A DNA stretch of 64,000 nucleotides from Neocallimastix sp. 'constans' (GCA_050613775.1 JBODTK010000110.1:62001-126000), one strand, 5' to 3'. Numbered from the stretch's first letter, positions 39,648-61,449 are shown. The notes: generated from the sequence alone by a model not told the origin. Made by a program: numbers and translations.

Positions 39648-41258
39648 AAATGAAGTTTTACTTATATATATAATTAAAGTCAAATTTTTTTTTCATTTAA
39701 ATATTATAATTCATTTAAAAAATATTATTTTAATAACTATTAATTAAAAAAATAAATAAATAAAAAAAGATTTTATATTATTAATATTCTTATTATTACT
39801 AACGTTTTAATTGAATTTAATTTAAATTTTTTTTAATATAAAAGATATTAAAAAACAATTATTAAGATTAGAAAGATTAAGAAATGAAGATATAGATTTG
39901 TTTTTATCGTTAACAACAAATTGTAAACAAGAAGACTTTTTAATTAATCTGCTATTTAATAATATACAACTATGATAAATACAATTTCATACTATTATTT
40001 ATTGTAATAATTACTATTATTATATTAATTATATAAGAAGTATTATTAATATAATTTCTTTTATTTTATTATTATTTTTTTTTTTTTTGTATTTTAAATT
40101 ATATAAAATATTGTTTTTACATTATTAAATTTTTTTTATTCATTTTAAAATGTATGAATAATATGCTATCAATAATTCATATGACAAATAATTGTTATAA
40201 ATACCCTTTTTTTTTTTTTTTTTTTTTTTCTATTTTTTTTTTTTTTTTATTCACTTTTTTTACTTTTATTTGTACCCATTAATTTAATTAATCTATAAAA
40301 TATAATATAATAAAAAAGAATTATATATATATAAAAAAACAAAAAACAAATATATAAATTTATATTATAAAAAAAAGGTTTTTTTTTATTTTTATTTTTT
40401 TATAATACTTTAACAGTTTAAATTTTCAATATGAAGTAATTTCTATTTAAAATATTCAAATTAATAATATTATAGTATAATATATTTAATGAACATTAAA
40501 AGTATTTAAACTAGAATAGTTTATAAAAAAAATAAAAAAAAAAAAAAATTTATTTACTAGATTTCATTTATTTATTTATTTATATATTTATTTATTTTAA
40601 TTTATATATTTATTTATTTATTTATTGTACATTTTAAGTTATTATATTTTTAATAATAATAAAATTTATAAAATAAAATTTTAAAGAATATATATAAAAA
40701 TTTCCTTCATACACTTCAAAATTTTTGCACATGTGAATTATAAAATAATTTTGTCTTAAGTTTTGATCACAATACTTTTAAAAAATTATTTTTATAAAGG
40801 CTAAATTCTAATAATAATATAATATAATGATATAAGCAATAACAAAATAATAATTATAATAATAATAGTAATAAAGTAATAATAATAATATTAAATAATA
40901 ATAATAATAAATAAATAAATAAATGATATTAATAATAATAACAGAATATAATTATACTATATAATTATACTAATAAAATAAATAATAATCAATCATGAAA
41001 ATAAAAAAAAATATAAATTAGCAATTAAATTTAATAATAATAATAATAATAATTCTATTACTATTATTAATTTTTATAAATAGAAATAAAAATTGTAATA
41101 ATAATAATAATAATTTTAATAATTAGAAATAATAATAGAAAAAGTATTGATTATTATTATCATAAATTTAAAGTATAAATAATAAATAGTTTTAATTATA
41201 TGAGGATGGATAACAAACTTTTTTCTAAATGAAATTCAATATAATAAATTTTATTAAA

Positions 41259-41290
<32 letters not shown>

Positions 41291-41559
41291 TTTTTATTTT
41301 TTTAAAAAACGTGTGTCATCCCAATCTTCGAATTTTTTTTTTTTTTTTAATTATTAATCTTATTTTTATTATCTTTTTCATTATTTTATAATAATTTAAC
41401 TCTATATTAATAATCAGTGTTTACCTATTGTACAGTCTTCATTTAAATATCAAACTATATGAATTAAAATATTATATATATTTATATATATATATAAATA
41501 TAAAACTATACAAATTATAATAATATAAATATATATATATATATTTATTGCTATTTATT

Positions 41560-41601
<42 letters not shown>

Positions 41602-41846
41602 TATATTATGTTTTATATTGCTTTATTTTATCTTATTTCATCTAAAACTGTTTTATAATTATAAAATTCTAAAAATAAAATAAAGTTCAAATGATCTTAA
41701 TATTTTTTAAGGTTCATATTAATTCTTTTTTTAAAAGTTTATATCTTGATAAAAAAAAAGTATACTTTTTTTTTTTTTTTATAAACAATATAATTTTTAT
41801 TATTTTAAATATAATTATTTTTATCCAATAAATGAATTTATATTAA

Positions 41847-41883
<37 letters not shown>

Positions 41884-42722
41884 CATTAACATTAATAACA
41901 ATAATATTAATTATTATTTTTACTTTTTTTTTTTTTTTTTTTTTATATTTAATTTATTTTATTTTTATTTTATTTATTTATTTGTATGAATGAAGTATTC
42001 TTTTTTGATAATTTTATAATAATGGCTTAATTATTATTTTTTTATTACTATTCTGATTTTTTTTTTATTCTTTTATTATAATATTATGAAATATATTTAT
42101 TAATATAATTTTCTTATAATATTTCATTCATATTCTAATACTTTTTTTTAATTAAATAATCTTTTGTTATCTTAATAAATATAAAAATTTATAAAGATTT
42201 ATATTTTATTTGTTAATATAAAATGCTTTAGAAATAATATTATAAAAAATTAATTTTACCCATAATAAATACTACATACATTTTTTTTTTTTTTTTTTAA
42301 AAAAAATTTATATTATAAATAGTTAAATTATTTTCTATTTATCTTTTCATTCTTTTAATAATATAGTTTCAAAATATATTTTAAGTATTCTCAATTGTTA
42401 AAAAAAAAATCATTAACAAGCAAAACAAATTGAAAAAAAAAGAAACCTATTATTGTTTATTTTATATATATAAAGTATATTGATAAAATATACTAAATTA
42501 ATAAATCACAATATAATAATTCCTATATTTAGATAATAATAAATTAAAAAAAAGATAATAAGATTGTGTTATACGTAAAATAAAATATATATAAATATAA
42601 TAAAATAAAAGTCTAAGAAAGATAATGAAGTAATAATCAACAAATAATATTTATAATAACAGTAAAAAAAATAATAATTCTTTTAATCTACTTAAATAAT
42701 AATATTAATAATAATAATAAAT

Positions 42723-49161
<6,439 letters not shown>

Positions 49162-49571
49162 TAAATATATTATATTATCTTTCTATTTTATATTAATGAA
49201 TTTTTATTAAAGAATTTATTAAAATATTTGTCATATAATTAAATTTCTAAATTATAAAAAAAAATATAAATTTATTTATAATTAATATGAATATTAATAT
49301 ACTTTTTATTATTATTATTATTACTATCGAATTAATAATAATTTAGTCAATTAATATATTTCAGTATATTCAACAATGTTTTGAAATATGTTAGAAATAA
49401 TTCTAATTCGAATTTTGATTTAAACTGAATAATAATAAAAAAAAATAAAATAAAATAAAAATAAAATACAAATACAAATATTATATATATATATATATAT
49501 AATAAATATATATATATCCAAAATCAAAATCAAAAAATCAAATAAATAAATAAATCAATAAAAAAATAATC

Positions 49572-49602
<31 letters not shown>

Positions 49603-50003
49603 GAAAAAACAATAATCAAAAATAAGTATATATATATTTATGTATATATATATATATTGTAGATGTAATTATTAAAAATAATATTTATTTTTGAAATTAA
49701 TTGTAGTAATAAAAAAAAATTTTTTTTTTATTTTTTATTTTATTTTATTTATTTATTACAGATCTCTACTATTTTAATTAATATTTTATCAAAATTTTAT
49801 TTATAACATTTAAATAATATAAGTATAATGTATATATTATAATTAAATGATTCTATCTATATATTTATTTATTCATTTTTTATTTTTTATTTTTTTAAAT
49901 ATAATTTATTACTATTACTTTAATTATTTAAAAAACAAAAAAAAAGAAAAGAAAAAATTAAATAAATAAATAAATTTCAATATGAAATTATATAATAATA
50001 TGA

Positions 50004-50034
<31 letters not shown>

Positions 50035-50154
50035 TAAAATATATATATATATTTAAATACCTATTTTGTATTATAAATATATTACTAAGTAAAATATATA
50101 TATTTATAAATTATTTATACTGTATTCAAATATCATTTTATATTTTTATATATA

Positions 50155-50464
50155 ATCAATTTATAGTTCTATGATGTATTTATTATTAATTTAAATTATA
50201 AAAACAAATTAATAATTTTAATTAATTATAATAAATTATTAACAATTGAATTATAAGGGGATTTCAATCAATTATTATATATGTAGTTATCTATTGTCTA
50301 ATCATGTTTTCTCTGCAGTATTTGAAATTTTATCTACCCAATTTGGAGAAAGAAGAATAATTTATGATTAAATATTTATTATTATTAAGTGAAATTCATA
50401 CTTTATCATTTATATTTATTTTTTATTTAAATATATTATTTTATTTTATTTTATTTTATTTTTT

Positions 50465-50498
<34 letters not shown>

Positions 50499-51320
50499 AA
50501 TAATTCAATTTATAGTTCAACGTTGTATTTATTATTGAAGTACAAATTATAAAAACTAATTATAATTAAACAATAATTATAATTAATGATTAACAAATTA
50601 ATTTTAAGAATATCTAAATCTATTATTATATATACTGTTGACTTAACGAATTAATCAAGAATGTGTCTTCTTTTATGCAATATTTGAAATCTTATCTATT
50701 TATTTTGGAGAAAGAAGGGCAATTTATTATTCATATAGAAGAAAGAAGGACAATTTATTATTTAATACATATTATTGCTGAGTAAATTTTTTTCCTTTTT
50801 AATTTTTTTCTTTTTTATTCTTTTTTATTATTATTCATTTCTTATTTAAATTATTATCCTTTATTTTTATCTTATATTTTACTTAAATTTATTATTTTAT
50901 ATCTTTTTAAATAATTCAATTTATAGTTTTTACTATATACATTTATTGTCAAGTTTAAATTATTAAAACTAATTAAAATTATTATTTAATTTTAATTATT
51001 AACAAATTAATTTTAAGAATATTAAAATCTATTATTATATTTACTGTCAACTTAATGAATTACTTAAACAAGGCTGTGTCTTCTTTTTATACAATATTTG
51101 AAATTTTATCTATTCATTTTGGAGAAAGAAGGACAATGTATTATTCATATTGGAGAAAGAAGGACAATGTATTATTCATATTGGAGAAAGAAGGACAATG
51201 TATTATTCATATTGGAGAAAGAAGAACAATTTATTATTGCCGAGTAAAATTTATTCTTTTTTTGTTTTTTTTATTTTTTTATTTTTTTTTTATTTTTTTT
51301 ATTATTATTCATTTCTTATC
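50155..51320 (+). repeat. Degenerate triplication of a ~350-410-bp unit; the third unit holds 4 x 31-bp tandem repeats (51119-51238)
   Basis: CAATTTATAGTT...TATTTGAAAT(T/C)TTATCTA...TTGGAGAAAGAAG..CAAT recurs from ~50155, ~50500 and ~50912. GGAGAAAG recurs at 51121, 51152, 51183 and 51214. Confidence 0.8.
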
Positions 51321-51947
51321 TTTTTTTAAATGGTTCATTTTATAATTAATATATTAATCATAAAGGGAAGAAGAGTTTAATGGGCATCATTCTATCTAAT
51401 TTACTGATACTACTTTTATATTTTATTTTTATTATTTAAAATAAATTTGTGTTTGATGGAAATAATTTTAATACTCTGTTGAATAAACTTTATTTTATAT
51501 TATATTTTTAACGATTTTATTTTTTATAATACTAATTTATATTTTATCATACATATTTCTATTCAATATATATAATATATAATATATATTATATAAATTT
51601 GTAAATTTGTAATAAAATCTCTTTCTAGATTAAAAAATATATAATTAATATATTATTTTTTATTTTTTATTATTATATTTTATTATATATTATTATGGAA
51701 TTATAATACCACATTATACCATTATCTTTACTCATATTAAACATATTGTATCCACTAGTAGTTTTTAAGCGAATTCCATTATATTTATATGTATCTAAGT
51801 ACTCAACATTAATATTATGTGGAATTGTTAAGAGTAAAACGATAAATAATATACGTAACATCATGAATATTTGATTCATTTACTTTTAAATATAATATCA
51901 TTTTATAATTATAAAGTTTTAAAATATTATATATATAATTGATAATA

Positions 51948-52321
51948 TTACATGTAATTTTTATGTTTTCTTTTGTAAAAATAGCAACAACAAATTAGTA
52001 CTGCAATTACGACGATAATTATGATCACACCAATAAATACTAAAACTTCGATAAACATTCCCACACTCTTGGAATCTGAAGGACCATTGTTTTGGAATTG
52101 TCAATCATTATTTTTTCAAAAGTATTGCTTGGAGGTTTACCGCAATTTATATATAAATTATTACCTAAAAACATTGGGTTAGAATAAATATCATGGTAAT
52201 GAACAATCGGCGTTTCATCGTTAAACATACAATACTTTTTCACAACATTTATTTGACAAACATTCGGAGTCGTTATTACATTTAAAAGAGTAATATTTTT
52301 AATATATGTTGTTACATGCAT
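51948..52321 (-). pseudogene. Frameshifted relic of a Cys-rich single-pass membrane protein
   Basis: Fragments in different frames: KCNNDSECLSNKCCEK / KYCMFNDETPIVHYHDIY...INCGKP / VLVFIGVIIIIVVIAVLICCCYFYKRKHK*. Confidence 0.6.
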
Positions 52322-52379
52322 TTACTTAAATGTTGTAATAATAATTAAATAAAGTAATACTATTAAAATAAAATAATTA

Positions 52380-52610
52380 TAATTCTTAAATAGAATTAAA
52401 ATAAAATATATTAGTTAAAAATGAGTATAATAAAAAAAAAGTTAATAAGAATAGAGGATTATTTATTATATAATATATAATAAGTATAATTATAAATCTT
52501 AAATAGAATTAAAATAAAATATATTAGTTTAAAATGAGTATAATAGAAAAAAAGTTAATAAGAATGGATTATTTATTATATAATACATAATTAGTATAAT
52601 TATATATTTT
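52380..52610. repeat. Tandem duplication of a ~115-bp unit
   Basis: TCTTAAATAGAATTAAAATAAAATATATTAGTT..AAATGAGTATAATA...GTTAATAAGAAT occurs twice. Confidence 0.8.
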
Positions 52611-52640
52611 TAACTTAAAAAAATTATATTAAGAACTTTC

Positions 52641-52969
52641 TATTGATATTTATGTAAATATTAAAAGAAACTCAAATAAAAAATATATCATTATATAAAT
52701 AATATAGTTAAAATATATATTTCGAATTTTTCAATATATAAATTGATTATTTTTTTAATTAATATTTCTTTTTAACTGAATATATTCTTAAAATATAAAT
52801 TAATAATAGTATGTACGATTTGTTTTTAAAGTTTTATTTTTTTTTTTCTACAATAAAATATAAAATATCTCTAATTCTATTAAATTACAATAATTTATTA
52901 TTTTATATTATTTATATAATGATATATTTTTTATTTGAACTTCTTTTAATATTTACATAAATATCAATA
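52641..52969. mobile_element. MITE-like element with 66-bp terminal inverted repeats bounded by TA
   Basis: 52641-52706 is the reverse complement of 52904-52969 with 2 mismatches; no ORF inside. Confidence 0.7.
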
Positions 52970-53098
52970 ACATTTATGTGTAACCATTAATTATCTTTTA
53001 TTATATATATATATTATTTATAAAAATAAACATTTTAATGAATTTTTTTTTTTAATAAAAAAATGCCAATATTACTTTAAAATAATTTTAAATAATGT

Positions 53099-53175
53099 TT
53101 AATTCTAATTCTAATTCTAATTCTAATTCTAATTCTAATTTTAATTTTAATTCTAATTTTAATTTTAATTCTAAT
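53099..53175. repeat. (TTCTAA/TTTTAA)n microsatellite
   Basis: About 12 hexamer units. Confidence 0.85.
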
Positions 53176-55668
53176 GTTAATGCTATAGATTTCTTATAAA
53201 AAAAATTATTGAAAATTCATTATTCATTAATTATGAATTACTTTGCCATTTTAATAATAAAAAATAAATAAATAATAATAATAATAAAATAATTAAAGAA
53301 GTAGCTTGAAAATTATTATTGCATAAAATTAAATAATTTTTGTGAGTATTTGATTTAATTTTTCTGTTGAAACTATAAAATATTATAAAAAAAATTCATG
53401 TTCATTTTAGAGAAATTCAGTGGATGAATTATTAGGTGTTATTTACTTGTTTTAATTTTATTTTATTATTAAAAATGTTATAAATAAAAATATATAATCA
53501 ATAATGGTAGTTAAAGAATTTAAAAAAAATTTTTTTCATTATAATTTTATATATATTTATAATAATAATATGAAATGTGAAATATGAAATAATAAAAAAT
53601 CATCCTTCGTTCTATAACAAAATAACAAAATGTATTTTCATATTATTTTATATTATATTAATATAGAAATAATCATTTATATATTTTCACACTTTTTATA
53701 ATTTTTCCATAATATATCATAAATAGAAATAACATGAAGGACCATTCATATGAAAATTAATAAATTGCTAATTTTTATTATATATTTAAAAATAAATAAT
53801 AGTAATAAATAAATAAATATATATATATATATAAATATTTATATAATTAAAGAATTTAATAGTAAATAAATATAAATATAAATATTTTAAAGTATAATAT
53901 AAATTTATTTTTTTATTTTGTTGATTTATTATTAATATGTTGGTTTATTATTAATATGTAATTAAATTTTTATTAATTAGGAATAGTTTAATTATTCATT
54001 GTTTAATATACTTCTTTTTTAATTATAATATTTATTAATATTTATTAATAAGTATCTAAAATTATATCAAATTATATTAATTATAGTAATAATGTAATAA
54101 TAATCATTATAATTATAATAATAATAATAATAATAATAATAGAAAGCTATTTAAATAATGAATCTATTAGCTTAAAAAAAAAAATTAAAAATAATAAATA
54201 TATACCAGTTTTATTGGTTTCCACCTCTTTTTTGTATTATAAATATTATGAATTATAATCATTTAATTATTCAATTATACCATATTATAATATAAAACAC
54301 TAATGTTAATTATAATTAAGAGGTATAATTATTACATAAATTATAATAAATAAAATCCTATAAAAAATATATTAAAAAATTATGCGATATTTCATTATTT
54401 TAATAGCATTAATTTTTATAAATATTTTATTATTATAAATATCTTATTACTATATACTTTATAAGAATACATCTATTGTAATTATATATATAAAATTATA
54501 TCTTTTAATTACAATATTTGCTAATTTAAAATATATATTTATTATAAAATATTTAGTTGTAAACATTCATATTCAAATATCATATATATTAATATTGTAT
54601 CTTAATTTCTATATATATATATATATTTTTAGTTTTATATATTTATTAGGTTTATATATTTATATATTTATAAGGTTTATATATATATTAATATTATTAT
54701 CTAAATTAACTTTAATAGTAAATAGTAAATTTAAAAAATCATCTTTTTTTTTTTTTTAGTATATTTATATATTTCATTTCATTAATATCTAAACTCTAAT
54801 ATTAATAAATTTAATAGTATAATAATATAAATAGTATTATAAATATATTTTAATAAATAGAGCTTAGTATTATATTATATGATATTAATATTTCCACTGT
54901 TTCATATATTATAATTTACTGTTTAAAAAAAATTTTTTTATCTATTCGTTTATTCATATATATTTTATATTTATTTATTTATTTATATTTATTTATTTAT
55001 ATATCAATTCATTCATTTATTTTTCATTTTACATTTAATGAAATAAAATACATCATTATTTAGCAATATATTTTAATAAATTGAGAAATACTATAATTAA
55101 ATTAAGCTCATTTATTATTAAATTAATATTTAATTAATTCATTAATTTCAATTTATTACAATTAATTTCTATTGGTTACAATTATTTCAGTCTATTTTGA
55201 ATTATTTATAAATTCTATTTTATATTACATATATTATTTTGAACTATTATATTATAAATACTGTTATATATATTAAATATATATAATAAAAATAATATTA
55301 ATTATTAATAAAATAATGTTTTGTTTTATGGATTATATAAAAAGTTTAAAAATTCCATTTTAAAAATAAAAATCTTTTTTATTTTTAAATATATATATAT
55401 ATATAATTTTTATTAAAAAAAAAATCAATAATAAAATAATAAAAAAAAAAGTGTTAATAATAGTTTAAAGTGAATTAAAAATATTAAGATTAATATAAAA
55501 AAATAAAATAAACATTAAAACTATTATTAGAAAAAAAAATAAAAATAAAAAAAGATAAAAAAAATAAAATAAAAAAAAAAAATAAAATAAAATATACAAA
55601 TAAATAAAAATAGATATATATATAATATATATATAAAATAATTAATATAAAATATTAATTAAATAAAA

Positions 55669-57706
55669 ATGAAATTTAATAAAATTGTTAATGTATTATT
55701 ATCATGTGGTATTGCATATGCCATTGATGTCAATTATAATGTTATTGCCTTTCCAAAAGAACATAATGGTTCTTCAGTTGGATTAGTATTAGATGGAAAA
55801 GTTATTCCAATGACATCACAATTTGAAGGTTCAAAATGGAATGTTCAGGCTCCAAAACCAACTAAGAGTTTCCATTTCTCTATTCTTGATAGTGGAAACA
55901 ATATTGTTAAGGAAGAATCTGTTGAAAGAGAATTCCCACTTAATAAAGATGCAACCGATAACTATCTTTACGGAAAATTAAACAATAATATTAAAAATGA
56001 AGATATTGCAAAGGTTCCAAGAGCCTACCCAGCTTTATCTAGTGAAAGTGAATTCTCTAAACTTTTCCAAGAAGGTCAAGTTAAAGTTATAAACATTGTT
56101 GCTGATCCAACAGCTATTTCCAACCTTCATAATGATCCAAAATTAGCCAAGGTTGGTTCTAAAAGTGATACTACTGTTGAAATGTATCTTATTGGGTAAA
56201 GTAAAATAATTATAAATAATTTTTTTAATATGTTTTTTTAATATTTTAAATTGTTATTTTTATATTTTTATTATTTTTTTATAATATAAATGAAACAATA
56301 AATTTGATTTAGTAGTGTTAATAAATATATATTAATTATGATATATTTTCTTTTCAAAATATATATATTTTTTTATTATTATTTTTTAAAAATAAATTTA
56401 TAGTGATGATTCTGTTAAACATTTCACCAATGTTACTTTATCTTTCTCTGGTATGAGTACAAGAGGTTTCGCTAAGCGTCCATACAAAGTAAAGCTTTCT
56501 GATGGTCTTAATGAGACCAAGGAAAATAAATCTGTTTTTGGTAGAAAGCAATTTAAATTAAGAAGTCTTGTTCAAGATTGTTCTTATGTAAAACAAAAGC
56601 TTGTAGCTGATGTTGGTCATGCTATGGGTGTATATTTACCACAAAGTGGATTTACTCGTTTGTACATGAATGGTGAACCATACGGTTTATACGAAATTAC
56701 TGATAATCCAAAGAAGAACTGGATTAAAAAGATTATTCATGAAGACAAACTTCCAGCTAATTCAAAAGTTGGTTCATATTACAAGGGTGTTTCCTATTCT
56801 GATGAAGTATTTGTTCCAGCTTCATTAAGTGTACAAACCGATGAAAAATGGTATAATGAATTATATGAATGTGAAAATGAAAAAGAAGGTCAGGAACCAT
56901 ACACAGATCTTAAGGAATTCATTAATTGGATTGCTACTATTGATAACAATACTTCTGCTGATGAAATTAGGAGTAAGTTTGAAGTTGATTTATTCCTTAA
57001 ATATATGGTAATTGAATACCTTATTGGTCACTGGGATGGTTATTGGATTGGTGGTAACAACTTCTACGTTTACAAAAATCCTGAAACAAACAAGTATTTA
57101 TTCATGTCATTTGACTTTGATCTTACTTTAGGTAAATGGGATGATAATCCACCAGAAACTCCATATACTGAATGGAAGCAAAAGACCAAACCAGTTAGTG
57201 CTGAATTAGTTAAGAGAGTCTTATACCACCCACAATTCCAAAAACAATTTGAAGAATACTTAAAGGTTACCGTTCAAAAAACATTTAATATTAAGGCATT
57301 AGGTCCAAGATTAGATTACTTTAAAGCATTCCTTTATGATGATATGGCTTGGGATAAAACTGTTCCACCAAGAGCTGTTACTTCAAAGTCTGATAAGACT
57401 GTTACTCTTGAGGAATCATTAAATTCTTATGAAAAAGGTGCCTGTGAAGCCGACTATGGTGTTAAGGAATGGATTACTGGTCGTTCTGAATTTGTTGCTA
57501 AACAATTTGGTGTTACTATTCCAGAACCAGATTTCAGTCTTGGAGCTGTTGGTAACAAAATTGTAAAGGAAAAAGATAATAAAAAAGTTAATGCAGATAA
57601 TAACTCTTCTAACCTTAATGCAAATGATCAAAAATCATCTGCTATCACCCTTACAAGTTCTACTTTAAGCGTAATAATGGTTATAGTTGCGTATCTTTTA
57701 ATGTAA
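55669..57706 (+). CDS. Secreted CotH-family kinase-like protein with probable GPI-anchor tail; exons 55669-56195, 56404-57706
   Basis: Signal peptide MKFNKIVNVLLSCGIAYA; SGMSTRGFAKRPYKVKL, RLYMNGEPYGLY, GHWDGYWIGGNNFYVY, DFDLTLG; ends SSAITLTSSTLSVIMVIVAYLLM. No dockerin seen. Confidence 0.9.
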
Positions 57707-57957
57707 TAAAATAATTTTTTTTTTGTTTATAATAAATTTATAAAAATCAAAAGATAAAAAAAAAAAAAATTAATAAAAAAAAATATATATATAATATATT
57801 TTTTATTTTTTATACAATAATAATGATAATATTTAGTTAATAATTAATATAATAGAAAATTTTTTTTATTTTTTATTTTTTTATTTTTTTTTTTTTTTTT
57901 TTTTTTTATTGAACATAAAATACTTTTTCTTGATATAAAAAAAAATATTTTTGTTAA

Positions 57958-57992
<35 letters not shown>

Positions 57993-58040
57993 AAACAATA
58001 AAAAAAATAAAATAATAAAAAAAAAATAAAAAAAATTAAA

Positions 58041-58087
<47 letters not shown>

Positions 58088-59697
58088 AAGAAAAGAAAGA
58101 TGAAAACAAATTAAATAAAAAAATAAAAAAAAAAAAAAAAAAAAAAAAAGGAAACCAACAAAAAATAAAATAATAATAAAAATTATATATATATAGAAAG
58201 TAATTTTTCTTTTCTTTTATTTATTTTTACTTTCATTTATTTTTTATTTTTATATATTTAAAAAAAAAAAAAAGCATACACACACACAATCAAAAAATAA
58301 TATCAAAAAAATTTTTTTAAATAAAAAAAAAAAGAGAGGAATAAAATATACATAAAAATAAACTTAATATAAATCAAAACGAAATAAAAATAATATTAAA
58401 TAATCGTAAATATATAAATATTTTTTTTTATTTAGTGTATAAATAAAATAATAAATAAATAAATGTTATTTATTAAAAAAATAATAATAATAATAAAAAA
58501 ACATATTATTTATTAAAAAAAAAAAAAAAGTTCATTTGTTTAAAAGTCAATTAAAAAAAATAAAATCTTCTTTTTTAGTTTATCTTTTTTAATTTCATAT
58601 TATTATGTTTAATTATATTCAAACTAGACAAATACTTCTTTTTATTTATTTATTTTTTTATTATTTTTTTTTATTAAATAAAAAAAAAAGTAATTAATAA
58701 ATGAATAAATGACTTTAAACTTCAAAATAACGGCGGCTGTAAAAAAAAAAATAATAATAATAAAAAATAAAAAATGAAAATAAAAAAATAAAAAAATAAA
58801 AAAGTAATTATTATAAATTTTAAAATAAATTTTAAATTTTTTTTTTTTTATATAATTACTTTTTTTTTATATTTTTATATAAATATAATTATTTTTAATA
58901 TAATTTTCAAAAAATTTTAATCAGAATAAAAAAAAAAAAAATTTATTAAATATCAATCTACCATAAACTTTAAGAAATGAATTGAAAATTTTAATTAAAA
59001 TTTTATTTTATATAATATTATTTTTTATTATATTATATTAATTTAATAGTTATATGATAAATAATTATTAAATAAATAATTATTAAATTATTAAATTAGT
59101 ATAGTATTAAAAATATTATAATATATATAATATTTTAAGTTTTATTTCAATTTCATAAACTCTATAATTAATTAATTAATTAGAAATTACTTTTTAATTT
59201 AGCCATATATTTTATTATTTTTTTTTAAAGGAAGGAATCGATTATTCTCCTGTTATATTTACATTAATTAAATAATTAAATAATATTAAAAAATATTCTA
59301 TAGAATTTCAAATGTTTCAAACAAAATAAAAAAAAATAATAAAAAAAAGGATTTTTTTCTATTTTGTTTTACTACAATTTTAGTTAAACACAAGTTCATC
59401 TTAATAATGAAATGACATTCTGGAAAATGAAAGGAATTTTGTACTTTAATTATAATATATGTCATTGGAATGAAAGTTTTTCTTTTTTTTTTTTTGTACT
59501 AGTTTCAATGAATGTCAATTGAAAGTTTATTGTATAAATTTAGAGTTTGTGTAACATTACTTGAAAACACAAAAGATAAAAATAAAATTACAATAGATTT
59601 ATTATTAAAAGTTTATTAAATATATACTTTTTATATAAATTAATAAATATTATTAATATTGAAAGTAAATATTTAAATATTTAATAGTTTAAATAAA

Positions 59698-59845
59698 TAA
59701 ACATTATATTTAAATATAAATATTATTATTTACAAATATACATATAAATGAATTAATAAAAATATTATTTTTATTTATAAACATTATATTTAAATATAAA
59801 TATTATTATTTACAAATATACATATAAATGAATTAATAAAAATAA
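59698..59845. repeat. 80-bp tandem duplication
   Basis: ACATTATATTTAAATATAAATATTATTATTTACAAATATACATATAAATGAATTAATAAAAAT at 59701 and 59781. Confidence 0.85.
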
Positions 59846-60219
59846 TATTAAAGAAAAACATAAAAAAGTTTTTCTTATAGCATTTTATGTTGAAACATAA
59901 TAATAATAATAATAATTAAATATAAAAAAATAAATATAAATGAATTAAAATTATAGAATTTTTATGTTTAAAAATATATTTTTATATTAAAAAATAAAAT
60001 AATCTCATAAATACTTTATCAGTTACACTAAAAATAAATAAAAAATAAATAAAAAATAAAAAAAAATAAAAAAAAGAATAATTTAAAATATAAAAGAATT
60101 AAAAAATAAGATTTGGATAATTAATCTTTGTTAAAAATATATATAATTAAAAATATATTAATCATTAAAATATTTAATTAGAAACTTTTATTAAAAAAAA
60201 AAAAAAAAAAGATAAATTG

Positions 60220-60550
60220 AAATAAGCAAAACAAATATTTATTATAAATATACTTCGAACTTTCCTTTTATTAACCCTGAATATATAAAGTGAGTGCCAA
60301 AAACATAATTATGTTCAATTTTTGAAATATTTAAGAATTATTTTTTTTAAAAAAAAAAAAAGTTATTTAACTAGTTATGAAACTGAAAATTGGAATTATT
60401 ATGATAATATTGAGTATATGACAAATAATATTTCAGAATCTTTTAATAAATACTTGAAAAAAAATATTAGTAAAAAAAATCAACTTTTTTATTTTTTTTC
60501 AATTATTATCAGAATTGCAAAAAGAAAAATTTATATATTATATTGATTGC
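60220..60550 (+). pseudogene. Degraded MULE/Mutator-like transposase fragment
   Basis: WNYYDNIEYMTNNISESFNKYLK resembles the W..Y.....TNN..ES(F/Y)N motif around the catalytic Glu of MULE transposases; stops and frameshifts on both sides. Confidence 0.55.
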
Positions 60551-61449
60551 TATTTTATATAAAATATTAAAATATATCTTAAAAAATTTATTTTGAATTG
60601 TTATTTATATATTCATTCATTTATTTATATCAATACTTCACTTGGAGAAATGCAATTCTCCTTGAAATTTGTTAAAAAAGTTAATAATGTCTTGATAGTA
60701 TATTAGAATTTGTACAATATTTTGTTAATTACAACTTATAAATTTAGATAAATTTAAAAATATATATATATATTTATTTTTCTTATGTACGAATATATCA
60801 AATATTAAAAAACATGTATAGATTTCCCCTTTAATAATCCTTTAATAATACCTTACCCTTTATTCCTTAAATTGTAGAGCTTTTAAAGAAAAATGAAAAA
60901 GTAATAATAATAGTAATAATTATTTAAAATTCTTAAAATAATAATAATAAAAATATTAAGAATATTAATAATTATAAATTATTAAAATATGATAAAAAAT
61001 GAAATATATTCAAAACCTTAATTAATATAAAATAATTTTTATTATTCAAACATAAATTAATGTCCTAAATCAAATTTAAATCTAATGATTTTTAAAAATT
61101 CTCAATATGTGGCTTGAATTCTAAATATTAACTATGATTATAATTAATGTAATAAATTTTATAACATGATGTTTAATTATATTCTTATTATTTTAATATT
61201 TCCTTAAATAGTAATTATTACTATTTATAATACTAAATATAAAAACACATTAAAAATAAAACATTTCTTGGAATTAAGAGAAGTGCGTGTGAGAAAGTTG
61301 TTAGATTAGTTTTAAATGTAAAATCATGTAGAATTAATTTTACTTGTATAAATATATTGTAATCATAATAAGAAAATTATTATCCCAACAATACTTTCTC
61401 AAACCAGGGTTATATCAAATAAGTTGACTTTTAGAATTAGATAGAATTG

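Noticed and set aside
51119..51238. CRISPR-like array (also considered for 24333-24520)
   Set aside because: Units are head-to-tail with no unique spacers, there are no cas genes, and the context is eukaryotic.
51673..51879. 68-aa ORF with a signal-peptide-like start
   Set aside because: No recognisable family or further exons; possibly a relic.
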